Origin: Infirmifilum sp.
GTDB lineage: Archaea > Thermoproteota > Thermoprotei > Thermofilales > Thermofilaceae
NCBI GenBank assembly: GCA_041287245.1
Contig: JBEULP010000042.1
Span: 1-50,065 of the forward strand
Direction of reading: 5' to 3'
Length of the DNA stretch: 50,065 bases
Shown: positions 1 to 8,152 of the stretch, one piece after another
Position numbering within the stretch: the stretch's first letter is position 1
How the letters are laid out: every line of letters begins with the position of its first letter
The notes under the pieces: generated by a model
The model's database searches: none
What the model saw: only the letters and a program-made list of their open reading frames with translations
Told to the model about the DNA's origin: nothing
Translations under genes and position numbers: made by a program

Positions 1-986
1 CGCGCAAGCTTCTCCATATCACTCTTCTTCACACGCCTAACAGCCAAAATACCAGCCTTAGCAAGATAATACTGAGCAACATCATCAATACCCTTCTGGC
101 AGAATACGACATTAGCACCACTCTCCTTAATCTTCTCAACCATGTCCTTGAGTATCTTCTCCTCTTCCTCTAGGAATTGCTGCATCTGCTCCGGCGAGGA
201 TATACGGATCTCTGCGTCTATCTCAGTCTTCTCAACCTCCAAGGGTGCGTCAAGAAGGGCGATCTTAGCGTTCTCAACCCTCTTAGGCATCGCAGGGTGA
301 ACAACCTCCTTGTCAACTATTACTCCATAGATAAGCTGAGTGTCCAGGAATGCTCCTCCCTTCTTCTTGATAATTTGAATGTTATCTATGTCGACTACAA
401 CTTGCCCGTTAACCTCATCGGCAACCTGCTTGACGGCCTTCACCGCTAGCTCGGCAAAGTAGTCTCTCAGCGCCGCGATGGCTTTGCTCCTCATCGATGT
501 CGCGGCAACCTTCTTCAGAGTCTCTACATCGTCAAGACTAACCTTAATAGCCTTCTGCTTTATAAGCTCGCGAGACCGCTCCATCGCCTTCTTATAGCCC
601 GCGACTATAATAGTCGGGTGAATGTTCCTGTCTAGAAGCCTCTCAGCCTCTTTTAAGAGCTCGCCAGTCAATACAACAGCACTCGTTGTACCATCTCCGA
701 CCTCCTTATCCTGAGCCTTCGCAACCTCTACCATTAGCTTAGCAACTGGATGTTGTACATCCATCTCGTCTAGAATCGTAGCTCCATCATTAGATATCGT
801 GATGTCTCCAAGCGTGTCAATAAGCATTTTATCCATGCCCTTGGGACCCAAAGTTGTCTTTATCGTCTCTGAAATAGCCCTGGCAACCATTATGTTTAGG
901 TGGATAGCCTCCCTACCCGCCTGGCGAGAGGCGCCTTCTTTAAGTATAAGTACAGGAACTCCACCCAATTGCGCCACTGATGCCAT
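1..986 (-). CDS. ths: Thermosome (group II chaperonin) subunit, 5' part; runs off the window start
   Basis: Manual translation from ATG at 986: [18 protein letters not shown]...[12 protein letters not shown]...NDGATIL...[16 protein letters not shown] upstream. Not in the ORF track because it is truncated. Confidence 0.97.
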   Translation of the reverse strand, partial: MASVAQLGGVPVLILKEGASRQAGREAIHLNIMVARAISETIKTTLGPKGMDKMLIDTLGDITISNDGATILDEMDVQHPVAKLMVEVAKAQDKEVGDGTTSAVVLTGELLKEAERLLDRNIHPTIIVAGYKKAMERSRELIKQKAIKVSLDDVETLKKVAATSMRSKAIAALRDYFAELAVKAVKQVADEVNGQVVVDIDNIQIIKKKGGAFLDTQLIYGVIVDKEVVHPAMPKRVENAKIALLDAPLEVEKTEIDAEIRISSPEQMQQFLEEEEKILKDMVEKIKESGANVVFCQKGIDDVAQYYLAKAGILAVRRVKKSDMEKLA

Positions 987-1195
987 ACCTTCACCACCCG
1001 ATAATGCCATTCTGTTCGCCTGCACTAGTTGCAAATTATCGCTTCTATAAAAACTTTTCTAAACTTTTTAACCTATCTTCTTAACCGAACTCCCATATTC
1101 AGCACCAGCGAAGGAACCTTCACGTTCACCCCTCTAATGACCAAACAGGATAGCGATGTCTTTATATTTACTTACAAACATAACCCCTATGGAGC

Positions 1196-1298
1196 GGGGC
1201 CGTAGTCTAGCTTGGTAGGATGCCAGCCTGGGGCGCTGGTGGAATGCAGCTCTCCGGAGCCGCATGCTGAATCCCGGGTTCAAATCCCGGCGGCCCCA
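1196..1298 (+). tRNA. tRNA-Pro(GGG) with ~29-nt intron in the variable loop
   Basis: GGGGCCG/CGGCCCC acceptor stem, CCAGC-CTGGGGC-GCTGG anticodon arm, CCGGG-TTCAAAT-CCCGG T arm; insert ~1242-1271; TTTATA box ~1161. Confidence 0.93.
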
Positions 1299-1367
1299 CT
1301 TTTCAGCTAAACGCTATGCATAAAAAATATCTTTAACTTTTAACCATCTACCAATGAATAGGGTAAA

Positions 1368-1469
1368 GCGGGGGTGCCCGAGCTAGGACAAAGGGGGCGG
1401 ACTTAAGATCCAGATATGTAGGAGATCCGCTGGCGTCGGCCTGCCCGGGTTCGAATCCCGGCCCCCGCA
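1368..1469 (+). tRNA. tRNA-Leu(TAA) with 17-nt intron at 37/38 (1408-1424)
   Basis: GCGGGGG/CCCCCGC acceptor, GCGGA-CTTAAG|intron|A-TCCGC anticodon arm, long variable arm, GGTTCGAATCC. Confidence 0.95.
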
Positions 1470-1503
1470 CTTCTCCTCCGTTACACGCGCTCCTCGAGAT
1501 CGG

Positions 1504-1535
1504 CACCTCAAGGTTATAGAGGTGGTTATTTTTTT
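1504..1535 (+). terminator. Possible terminator after tRNA-Leu
   Basis: CACCTC/GAGGTG hairpin followed by a T7 run. Confidence 0.35.
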
Positions 1536-1576
1536 ATAGTAGCTTCGCGGGAGAGATTTGGGATGAGAAGTCAGAG

Positions 1577-2092
1577 TTATTCTGAGACATGATGAAAAGG
1601 CATTTGTTTGACCACCTTCATAGCGTAAATTTCGTCGCCGCCGCTCTCGATTAAATTCAAGATCGTAAACCCGTTAAGCTGGATGCTTGTTTTCAGAGTC
1701 TTTTTAAGCGATACTACGACTATAGCGCCTGGGGCGGCGATCCGGTGGATTTGCTCCAGCGCTCCAGGCACCTCGTGTAGAACTGTGACAGAGGCGACGG
1801 CTTCGAAGATGTTGTCGCGTAGAGGCAGGTGCTCGGCGTCAGCTTCTAAGGCATCTGAGGGGACGTTTAATCTTTTTTCTTTAAATATTCTTAGCATCCC
1901 TTCTGAGAGATCAATGCATAGATAATAGTCCGTATCATGTAGTCGCTCTCCTAGGATTCCGGTTCCGCAACCTACGTCTGCGATGCTTCTCGTACCGTCG
2001 ACAAACGTTGCCACAACTGAGTTTTTCCTCAATTGCTCCGGTCCATAGAGCTCGTCATATATGGACGCGATTAAGTCGTATGAGAGAGCCAT
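1577..2092 (-). CDS. Class I SAM-dependent methyltransferase
   Basis: ADVGCGTG motif I, IDLSEGML, ADAEHLPL. Confidence 0.9.
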   Translation of the reverse strand: MALSYDLIASIYDELYGPEQLRKNSVVATFVDGTRSIADVGCGTGILGERLHDTDYYLCIDLSEGMLRIFKEKRLNVPSDALEADAEHLPLRDNIFEAVASVTVLHEVPGALEQIHRIAAPGAIVVVSLKKTLKTSIQLNGFTILNLIESGGDEIYAMKVVKQMPFHHVSE

Positions 2093-2129
2093 ATAGTTTT
2101 AACCTGTTGACACGTATTAGTCAAAGTCT

Positions 2130-3101
2130 ATGTGGAAACGTCTAGCTATTAAAGGATTTGGGGTCATGGGCGCCGCGCTTGTTTATTGGATTAGACGCTT
2201 TTCACCGCGCATAGAGATCCTCGTCGAGTCAGACGAACTGACTGATGTATACTCAATAAGGGGTTTAAAGGCTTACTTAAGCGGGCATGAGGGTGTAGTC
2301 TACTCTCGTGAATTTCTAGAGAAGGTTCTTCTAATAAAAAAGAGCCACCTAGATCTTTCAGAGGCTGACTTCAGGGTAAGTATTCGAGAACCCAGCATAA
2401 AGGGGTATCCCCTATCGAGGAAGAGCGGTTTTGAGAGGATACCCTCCCTGGGAGGTGAAGGTATAGTTCTACCTTTTTGCATCCATTCGCTGCAAATCGC
2501 TATGTATTTGCGTGAGAGCGGCGCTAAGGCACAGGTTTCTGAAACTAGCTCTTCTCCGGCTTGGTTTAGGGACAAGCTTCCCAATGACCTTTTCACCAAT
2601 AAGGCTCCTCTGAACGGGCTAGAAGATTTGTGTCAAGATGTGGAGATCCGCATCCAGGACGGGGAGCAGGAGCTCGTCTTCCGGGCGCCTTTCCTCGACG
2701 AGAATATTCACTCTTTAGCCGCCTTGATAGCTAGAAGTATCGTACTGGGAAAAAACCACTACCTGAACCCCATCCCAATACAGTATTATTTCTTAGACAC
2801 GCATGAGGGTATAGTCGCCGGCATGGGTGATTGTAGCTCTGCGGATTCCTCTGTGAAAACCTCTCTGGGAGAAAAAGCATGGGCGAGGCTTTGTCTAGAG
2901 AAACAGAATAGAAGAATCGTGGGGTTTCAGGGGATTCTACACTATGAGCATGTTTCTGAGATAACTTTGCCCTTTATTGAAAAAGATAACTTTTGCAGCG
3001 AGAAAAACCTGTTTCTCTTGGCAATGTCGAAAAGCCCATTTTTCTATAACTCTCGTTTGATGGAGCTTTTACTGGCAGCCTGGGTCAAAATGTGTAGTTA
3101 A
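2130..3101 (+). CDS. Divergent pyridine nucleotide-disulfide oxidoreductase-like protein
   Basis: N-terminal GFGVMG Rossmann-like motif; C-terminal ARLCLEKQNRRIVGFQG resembles the NADH oxidase/CoA-disulfide reductase dimerisation domain. Confidence 0.5.
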   Translation: MWKRLAIKGFGVMGAALVYWIRRFSPRIEILVESDELTDVYSIRGLKAYLSGHEGVVYSREFLEKVLLIKKSHLDLSEADFRVSIREPSIKGYPLSRKSGFERIPSLGGEGIVLPFCIHSLQIAMYLRESGAKAQVSETSSSPAWFRDKLPNDLFTNKAPLNGLEDLCQDVEIRIQDGEQELVFRAPFLDENIHSLAALIARSIVLGKNHYLNPIPIQYYFLDTHEGIVAGMGDCSSADSSVKTSLGEKAWARLCLEKQNRRIVGFQGILHYEHVSEITLPFIEKDNFCSEKNLFLLAMSKSPFFYNSRLMELLLAAWVKMCS

Positions 3102-4128
3102 GCCTCGAGAGTTCATCCCATGTTATTTCCACGGGGCTTCTACGGGCGGCCGACTCTAGAGCTTTAACTACACACTTGAGAGCAATGTATCCTTCCACCG
3201 CAGATACCTGGGGGCGCCGCTTGTGCGATACGGCTTCGAGGAAGTCTTTGAGTTCAAGCTTCAAGGGCTCCTCCTGGAGATATGAAATCTCGAGGTGTGT
3301 ATTCTCACTGTGCAATGCTGTGGACACGGTGGGCGTCTCAACTCTCTGTACCCCATTGTCAATAACTATTCGTCTCAGAATATAATCTATGGTAATGATG
3401 GAGTCTTCTGTTCTGACCGAGAAGCTCCTATGTTTGTAGCTCGGCGCAGTTCTCCAGCTAGCAACAATATGCGCCGTTCTCGCACCGGGATAGCTGTATA
3501 GGGCTTCAATCTCGACTTCGTATGGGAAGCCGTCCCCTGGAACGGCAGAGGCGTATACTGTCCGTGGCAGATCCTCTAAGAAAGCCGCAGCAATGTCGAC
3601 ATCGTGTACAAGTAGGTCATGGGCTACGCCGAGATTAAGAGTGTAGTTCCCAGCGGGACCTGGACCAAGCCGCCTAGCCTCAAAGGCGTATATCTTCTTT
3701 TTGCTCTGCTCTAATAATTTACGCGCTATGCCCACAATCGGGTTAAAGCGCTCGATATGACCTACAGCTAGAACCCGTCCGGAACTGAGTGACTTGAGGG
3801 CTAGACTAAACCCCTGCTCTATTGTTTCTGCTAAGGGTTTCTCGACGAAGACGTCATAGTGATCCAAGAGGCTATCCACAACTCTGTAGTGATAAACTGT
3901 GGGAACGACTACTACTACGGCATCAAGGTTTTTTTCCCACGAAAAAAGCTCTTCAACGCTATCATAAAAAGCGTCTGCCGAGTAGGCGTTTGCGACCTCC
4001 TTAGCGCGGGAGAAGTCGGAGTCTACGACTATGAGCCGGTCTATGTATTCCTTGCGTAAAGCCGAGAGAACCCTAACGTGGTTCCTACCCCACCTACCAA
4101 CCCCTACTACTGCTACCTCGAGAGACAT
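3085..4128 (-). CDS. Gfo/Idh/MocA family oxidoreductase
   Basis: GVGRWG, VEKP, GHIERFNP, DLLVHD motifs. Confidence 0.93.
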   Translation of the reverse strand: MSLEVAVVGVGRWGRNHVRVLSALRKEYIDRLIVVDSDFSRAKEVANAYSADAFYDSVEELFSWEKNLDAVVVVVPTVYHYRVVDSLLDHYDVFVEKPLAETIEQGFSLALKSLSSGRVLAVGHIERFNPIVGIARKLLEQSKKKIYAFEARRLGPGPAGNYTLNLGVAHDLLVHDVDIAAAFLEDLPRTVYASAVPGDGFPYEVEIEALYSYPGARTAHIVASWRTAPSYKHRSFSVRTEDSIITIDYILRRIVIDNGVQRVETPTVSTALHSENTHLEISYLQEEPLKLELKDFLEAVSHKRRPQVSAVEGYIALKCVVKALESAARRSPVEITWDELSRLNYTF

Positions 4129-4213
4129 GATATCCCTTTTTTAATGGTTCTACGTTAAAAAAGATTCACTACCGGCAAGAGCGCGCGTCGAACCATGCAG
4201 AAAACCAGTTTAA

Positions 4214-4333
4214 GCGGCTCCGACACCGTCCTTTCCCGGGGCACGCGGACCCCAGTACTCGGAGCGGCGCACCCCCCTTAGCTTCCGGGTTCGGAATGAG
4301 TCCGGGCGTGGCAGGGGTGCTATGGTCGGAGCC
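4214..4333 (-). rRNA. rrf: 5S rRNA (unlinked from 16S/23S)
   Basis: Reverse complement GGCTCCGACCATAGC...CTCATTCCGAACCCGGAAGCTAAG...AGTACTGGG...GGGAAA...GTCGGAGCC with paired ends. Confidence 0.96.
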
Positions 4334-4382
4334 AGAAAAGCTAAACAGAGGGGGATATAAAAAAATTGCGTTTTACGTGTTA

Positions 4383-5546
4383 TTAGGAGAGGAGAGCACG
4401 AGCTATCTTGAGGCTGAAGAGTGGGTGTTTGAGAAGTTTTGTTGCAACATGAACTACGTTTTCACCGTTCGCCAGGTTTACCACATCCTCGGGCGACAGA
4501 ACCTCGGCTAGTTGGTTTAGTTCGTCGTCGCTGAGTTTCTCAATCACTTGTAAACCTTTAAGGCTGTCTCTTATCCTCTTGCCCCAATACTCGTTATACT
4601 TTGCAACATACTCACTTAAAGTCTCAGCTGAGAAATCCCCTCTTTCGAGAGCCTTTACCGCGACTTCCGCAGCTATCTTGCCCCCTGCAAGAGAGGTATG
4701 TATCCCGCCACCTGTTAGAGGTATGACTTGCCCTGCCGCTTCACCTATTAACATGACGTGATCTATCACGATCTGCTCCAGCATTCCTCCAATCGTCACT
4801 GCCGCCCCTCTAAACTCGATTATCTTAGACTTGCTGAATATCTCCGGGTGTTCTTTGATGAACTTGTCTAGGTAGTTTTTCGGGGCAGCTCCTTGAACAC
4901 CGATTCCAACGTTAGCTAGAGAGCCGTCCTTGGGAAATATCCAAACATAGCCTTTGGGGGCTACTTCATTGCCCAGGTAGAAATAGGTGAGCCCGGGATC
5001 CTCTACCTGCACGTTAGTCATGACATATTGTATGGCCGGGATGACTGTTCTTTCTCCAGGTTTTTCCAATCCGAAATTCCTGGCTGTGAAGGATAGATAC
5101 CCGTCGGCACCTATAAGTAAGGGTGCCTCTAGAGATAGCGTTCTAGCGGTTACTTTGACAGTACCATCTGTGATGACGGCTTGTTTTACCGGCTCCTTAA
5201 CGTAAATATCAGCACCGGAGGAGGAGGCGTACTCGCCTAGGACTCTCAGGAAATTCCTCTTATCTATAACGTATCCCATCTCGCCTTCTTCGGTTATTTT
5301 CACTTGTTTTCCATTTGGAGCAACTACCACAGCTCCTTTTATGGGCCTTGAGACAAAGCGGCTTATGTCGCTTCTCGACACCTCCGCCGTTTGAAGAACC
5401 CTGGCGCTTATTCCTTCCCCGCATGGCTTTACAGCAAGTGTCTCGTTCTTCTCAACAACGGCAACCCTATAGCCCGCAGCAGCCAGCTTTCTTGCGAACA
5501 TTAGCCCCGCAGGGCCTGCGCCAATGACTATAGTATCGTATTTCAT
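4383..5546 (-). CDS. Geranylgeranyl reductase family (digeranylgeranylglycerophospholipid reductase)
   Basis: GAGPAG, KPCGEG, GADG, PKGYVWIFPK, GEAAGQVIPLTGGGI. Confidence 0.92.
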   Translation of the reverse strand: MKYDTIVIGAGPAGLMFARKLAAAGYRVAVVEKNETLAVKPCGEGISARVLQTAEVSRSDISRFVSRPIKGAVVVAPNGKQVKITEEGEMGYVIDKRNFLRVLGEYASSSGADIYVKEPVKQAVITDGTVKVTARTLSLEAPLLIGADGYLSFTARNFGLEKPGERTVIPAIQYVMTNVQVEDPGLTYFYLGNEVAPKGYVWIFPKDGSLANVGIGVQGAAPKNYLDKFIKEHPEIFSKSKIIEFRGAAVTIGGMLEQIVIDHVMLIGEAAGQVIPLTGGGIHTSLAGGKIAAEVAVKALERGDFSAETLSEYVAKYNEYWGKRIRDSLKGLQVIEKLSDDELNQLAEVLSPEDVVNLANGENVVHVATKLLKHPLFSLKIARALLS

Positions 5547-5602
5547 TTTAGTTCATAGTTTAGATTTTATACCTGGTATAAATATTATACCTCGTGGGTT
5601 AA

Positions 5603-6049
5603 GTGGGAAACATAGACCTTGAAGGAGAAATTGAGAAAAAAATAAACCACGTGCTGCGGGGGGTTTCAGAGGCCCTTGAAGCCTACATACGTGACAAAGG
5701 ACTATCCATAGAAGACACTAAAGCGATCCTGGAGAAACTCGAGCCAAGTTTTAAACTATTGACAAAGAAGTGGACATTAACCATTATATATACTCTTCTT
5801 CTAACAGGCCCGTTATCCTTCAATAAGCTACACGAATTAACCAAGGTAAATAAAAGAAGCCTTTCACAGCGTCTTAAAGAACTCGAAAAGAACGGGCTTG
5901 TCCGAAGACAAGTGAGAACCCAGCCCCCGGTTACAACGGTGTATTTTTTAACTAAAACTGGGAGAGATACAGGTCTTCTAATAATTCCCTTAATATACTA
6001 CGTGGCGCGCTCAAGCTACGAGGGAGGCGTTGACAGGGCTTCAGGGTGA
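5603..6049 (+). CDS. HxlR-family winged helix regulator
   Basis: KKWTLTIIYTL...SFNKL...LSQRLKELEKNGLV...VYFLT pattern. Confidence 0.88.
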   Translation: MGNIDLEGEIEKKINHVLRGVSEALEAYIRDKGLSIEDTKAILEKLEPSFKLLTKKWTLTIIYTLLLTGPLSFNKLHELTKVNKRSLSQRLKELEKNGLVRRQVRTQPPVTTVYFLTKTGRDTGLLIIPLIYYVARSSYEGGVDRASG

Positions 6050-7074
6050 ACTTTAAGAAAAACTTTCCTTGGCCTTGGATCCCCCTGCCGAAAGTAGAGA
6101 GCTGTTCCATGACTCGCGAAGAGAACGTGGTCTCTTTCATCCGCGTTTAAGGAGAAAAGCAATGAGATGTCTCTTACATAGCTTTCAGAGCCGCTTAAAA
6201 TTATGACAAAGCCGGCGAGCTGGAAAATTCGCGGGTCGAATTCCCTAGGCAGCTGAGAGACAGCAATTAGGGAATACCCCCATTTCCTTATCTCCTTGTA
6301 TAAAGATAATAGATAGGGTGTGAACAGATGCGCCTCTTCCAGAACCACTATTTGTTCTAGATCGTTTCTAACGCCTCTCGATCTTTTCCAGCCTTGGAGA
6401 AGGAGAAGCAGAATCTGAATTGATATTTCAACCAGCTCGCGTGATACCATTAACGGGAACGTGAAGTAAACGCTTTCCTCGGCTATCGCTTCAATAGCAA
6501 GGTCACGCGAATATATTCTATTCAAATCATCATACAGCCTCTTAAGGTCTGGATCTTCTCTTGCCATCCTTTCAAGTGGAAGTAGGCTATTCTCACTGAT
6601 GCATTCTAATAAAAGCTCTCGGATCACGTTTCTCGCGCCTCTGAAACCGTAAACTATCTCTATATATCTGCTGAGCTCGCTAGCATATTCTTTTGTCTCC
6701 CACCCTGGTGTGTAAAGGAAGTCTATTTTATCTTGGGTTACTATAAACGTTTTTCTAAAAAGCCTCCTGTAGGCATCCTCGCCATGAGGATCTATGACCC
6801 ACGTTTTTACCCCTAAATTCCGAGCCTCGATAATTAGGTGCCTCGCCAGCGTGGATTTACCGCTTCCCGATGTGCCGAGGAGAACGCCATGGACATTTGG
6901 GAGAGAGAAAGGATTTATGTATATGTTTCTCCCCTTGTCGTCGACTCCCAGAAACAATCCTTGGGTTTCTTCGCGCGGCGGTATGACAGCCAGCGGCGAG
7001 AGTATGGGGATTAAATCTCCAGCTAGAACTAGAGTTTCTCTTCTCTCTAGAAGGTCACGTAGACGATCTAGCAC
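6016..7074 (-). CDS. VirB4/HerA-like P-loop ATPase (CedB/TedB-like)
   Basis: Walker A GTSGSGKS, IDPHGE, Walker B VLEEAH, RKWG arginine finger, SQ motif; downstream of membrane-protein genes. Confidence 0.82.
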   Translation of the reverse strand: MLDRLRDLLERRETLVLAGDLIPILSPLAVIPPREETQGLFLGVDDKGRNIYINPFSLPNVHGVLLGTSGSGKSTLARHLIIEARNLGVKTWVIDPHGEDAYRRLFRKTFIVTQDKIDFLYTPGWETKEYASELSRYIEIVYGFRGARNVIRELLLECISENSLLPLERMAREDPDLKRLYDDLNRIYSRDLAIEAIAEESVYFTFPLMVSRELVEISIQILLLLLQGWKRSRGVRNDLEQIVVLEEAHLFTPYLLSLYKEIRKWGYSLIAVSQLPREFDPRIFQLAGFVIILSGSESYVRDISLLFSLNADERDHVLFASHGTALYFRQGDPRPRKVFLKVHPEALSTPPS

Positions 7075-7081
7075 GAGACCA

Positions 7082-8152
7082 TTACTCTAAAGTTTTTAAG
7101 GCAAGCAAGTTCGGCGTAAAGTGAATCCCCATTCTTTCCAAGAGTTCCCGTGTTTCCTTCCTTGCGAGAAGCAGCCCGCTGGCAAGGAAGACTGGCTCTC
7201 TTCTCTCCCACCTGCGCCTCGAGGCAAAAAAGTACTTCTGGCTCTCGTGTAGCATGCTTAGCTTGTCGAGCGCCGTTCCAAGCTCATAAACCTTGTAGGC
7301 GTGGCTGTCGAGGCGTAGCGAGGCTTCCCAAGTTGCTGGTTTAATTTTAAAGGCGAGGAGGTCTATAGACCTGGCAGTAGCATAAAATACCCTTGCTCTG
7401 GTGAAAATTTCGCTGAGTGTGGGGTAGGCGAAAGTCACTGTAGTATTCTTTAACCCGTATATTTTAGCTCCTTTTTCGAGTTTAGCGTGATATATAGGCT
7501 GCCTTCTGGCTGTGAGCGCTACGAGTTCAAGTAACAAGACAACGATAAGGGGCGGGAAGATCCTCGTCGCGATAAACGTGAATACTAGGACTGGGAGATA
7601 TCTTCTAGCATCCGCCTTCCTCTCAATGAGCATATCAGGTCTTAGTAGACTTTTTACCTCAAGGCCCTCGAGGAGCTCCGCCTTGCATCCTAGTAGCTCT
7701 AACCCTCTCAAAAGGGATTCGTGTAGAGATAGGAGCGCCTGGTGAGTTTTTTCTGCGAACTCTATGCATACCTTCGTGACAATGTACATCTCTCCTCCTT
7801 TAATAAAGATTAAAAACTCCCCCCCACTTGTAAATGCTGTTGTGAAGAACGATAGCGAGCGGAGCCAGAACTCCTTCTCGTCCAGATCGTAGCAACCATG
7901 CTTACAATCGATCACGCGTAAGCCGAGGTATGCGCACGAGTGCCTCTTTGAAGCGTTATAGCAGAGCCTTTTTAAACACTTAATCTCTTCTAGCGGGCAA
8001 CCTGAATACATAGTGAATAAGACGAGTGTGTAAAGGTCATGGGCGATTAGAAGAAGTGCAAAAGAATATAAAAGATATGCCAGGATAGTGGAATGCGTCT
8101 GGATAACAATCCCTAGAATCAACATCAGGAAGAAGAGCGATACTCTACTCAT
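7082..8152 (-). CDS. Membrane protein, possibly the N-terminal/membrane partner of the VirB4-like ATPase
   Basis: Hydrophobic N-terminal pair and internal TM segment; 7 nt from the ATPase gene. Confidence 0.55.
   Translation of the reverse strand: MSRVSLFFLMLILGIVIQTHSTILAYLLYSFALLLIAHDLYTLVLFTMYSGCPLEEIKCLKRLCYNASKRHSCAYLGLRVIDCKHGCYDLDEKEFWLRSLSFFTTAFTSGGEFLIFIKGGEMYIVTKVCIEFAEKTHQALLSLHESLLRGLELLGCKAELLEGLEVKSLLRPDMLIERKADARRYLPVLVFTFIATRIFPPLIVVLLLELVALTARRQPIYHAKLEKGAKIYGLKNTTVTFAYPTLSEIFTRARVFYATARSIDLLAFKIKPATWEASLRLDSHAYKVYELGTALDKLSMLHESQKYFFASRRRWERREPVFLASGLLLARKETRELLERMGIHFTPNLLALKTLE

Noticed and set aside
177..1050. Plus-strand ORFs 177-449 and 799-1050, and the many similar short antisense ORFs throughout the track
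   Set aside because: Shadows of well-supported genes on the opposite strand, with no motifs or start signals.
4214..4333. Unlinked 5S rRNA as a novelty
   Set aside because: Normal for crenarchaea; the overlapping ORF 4296-4511 is spurious.
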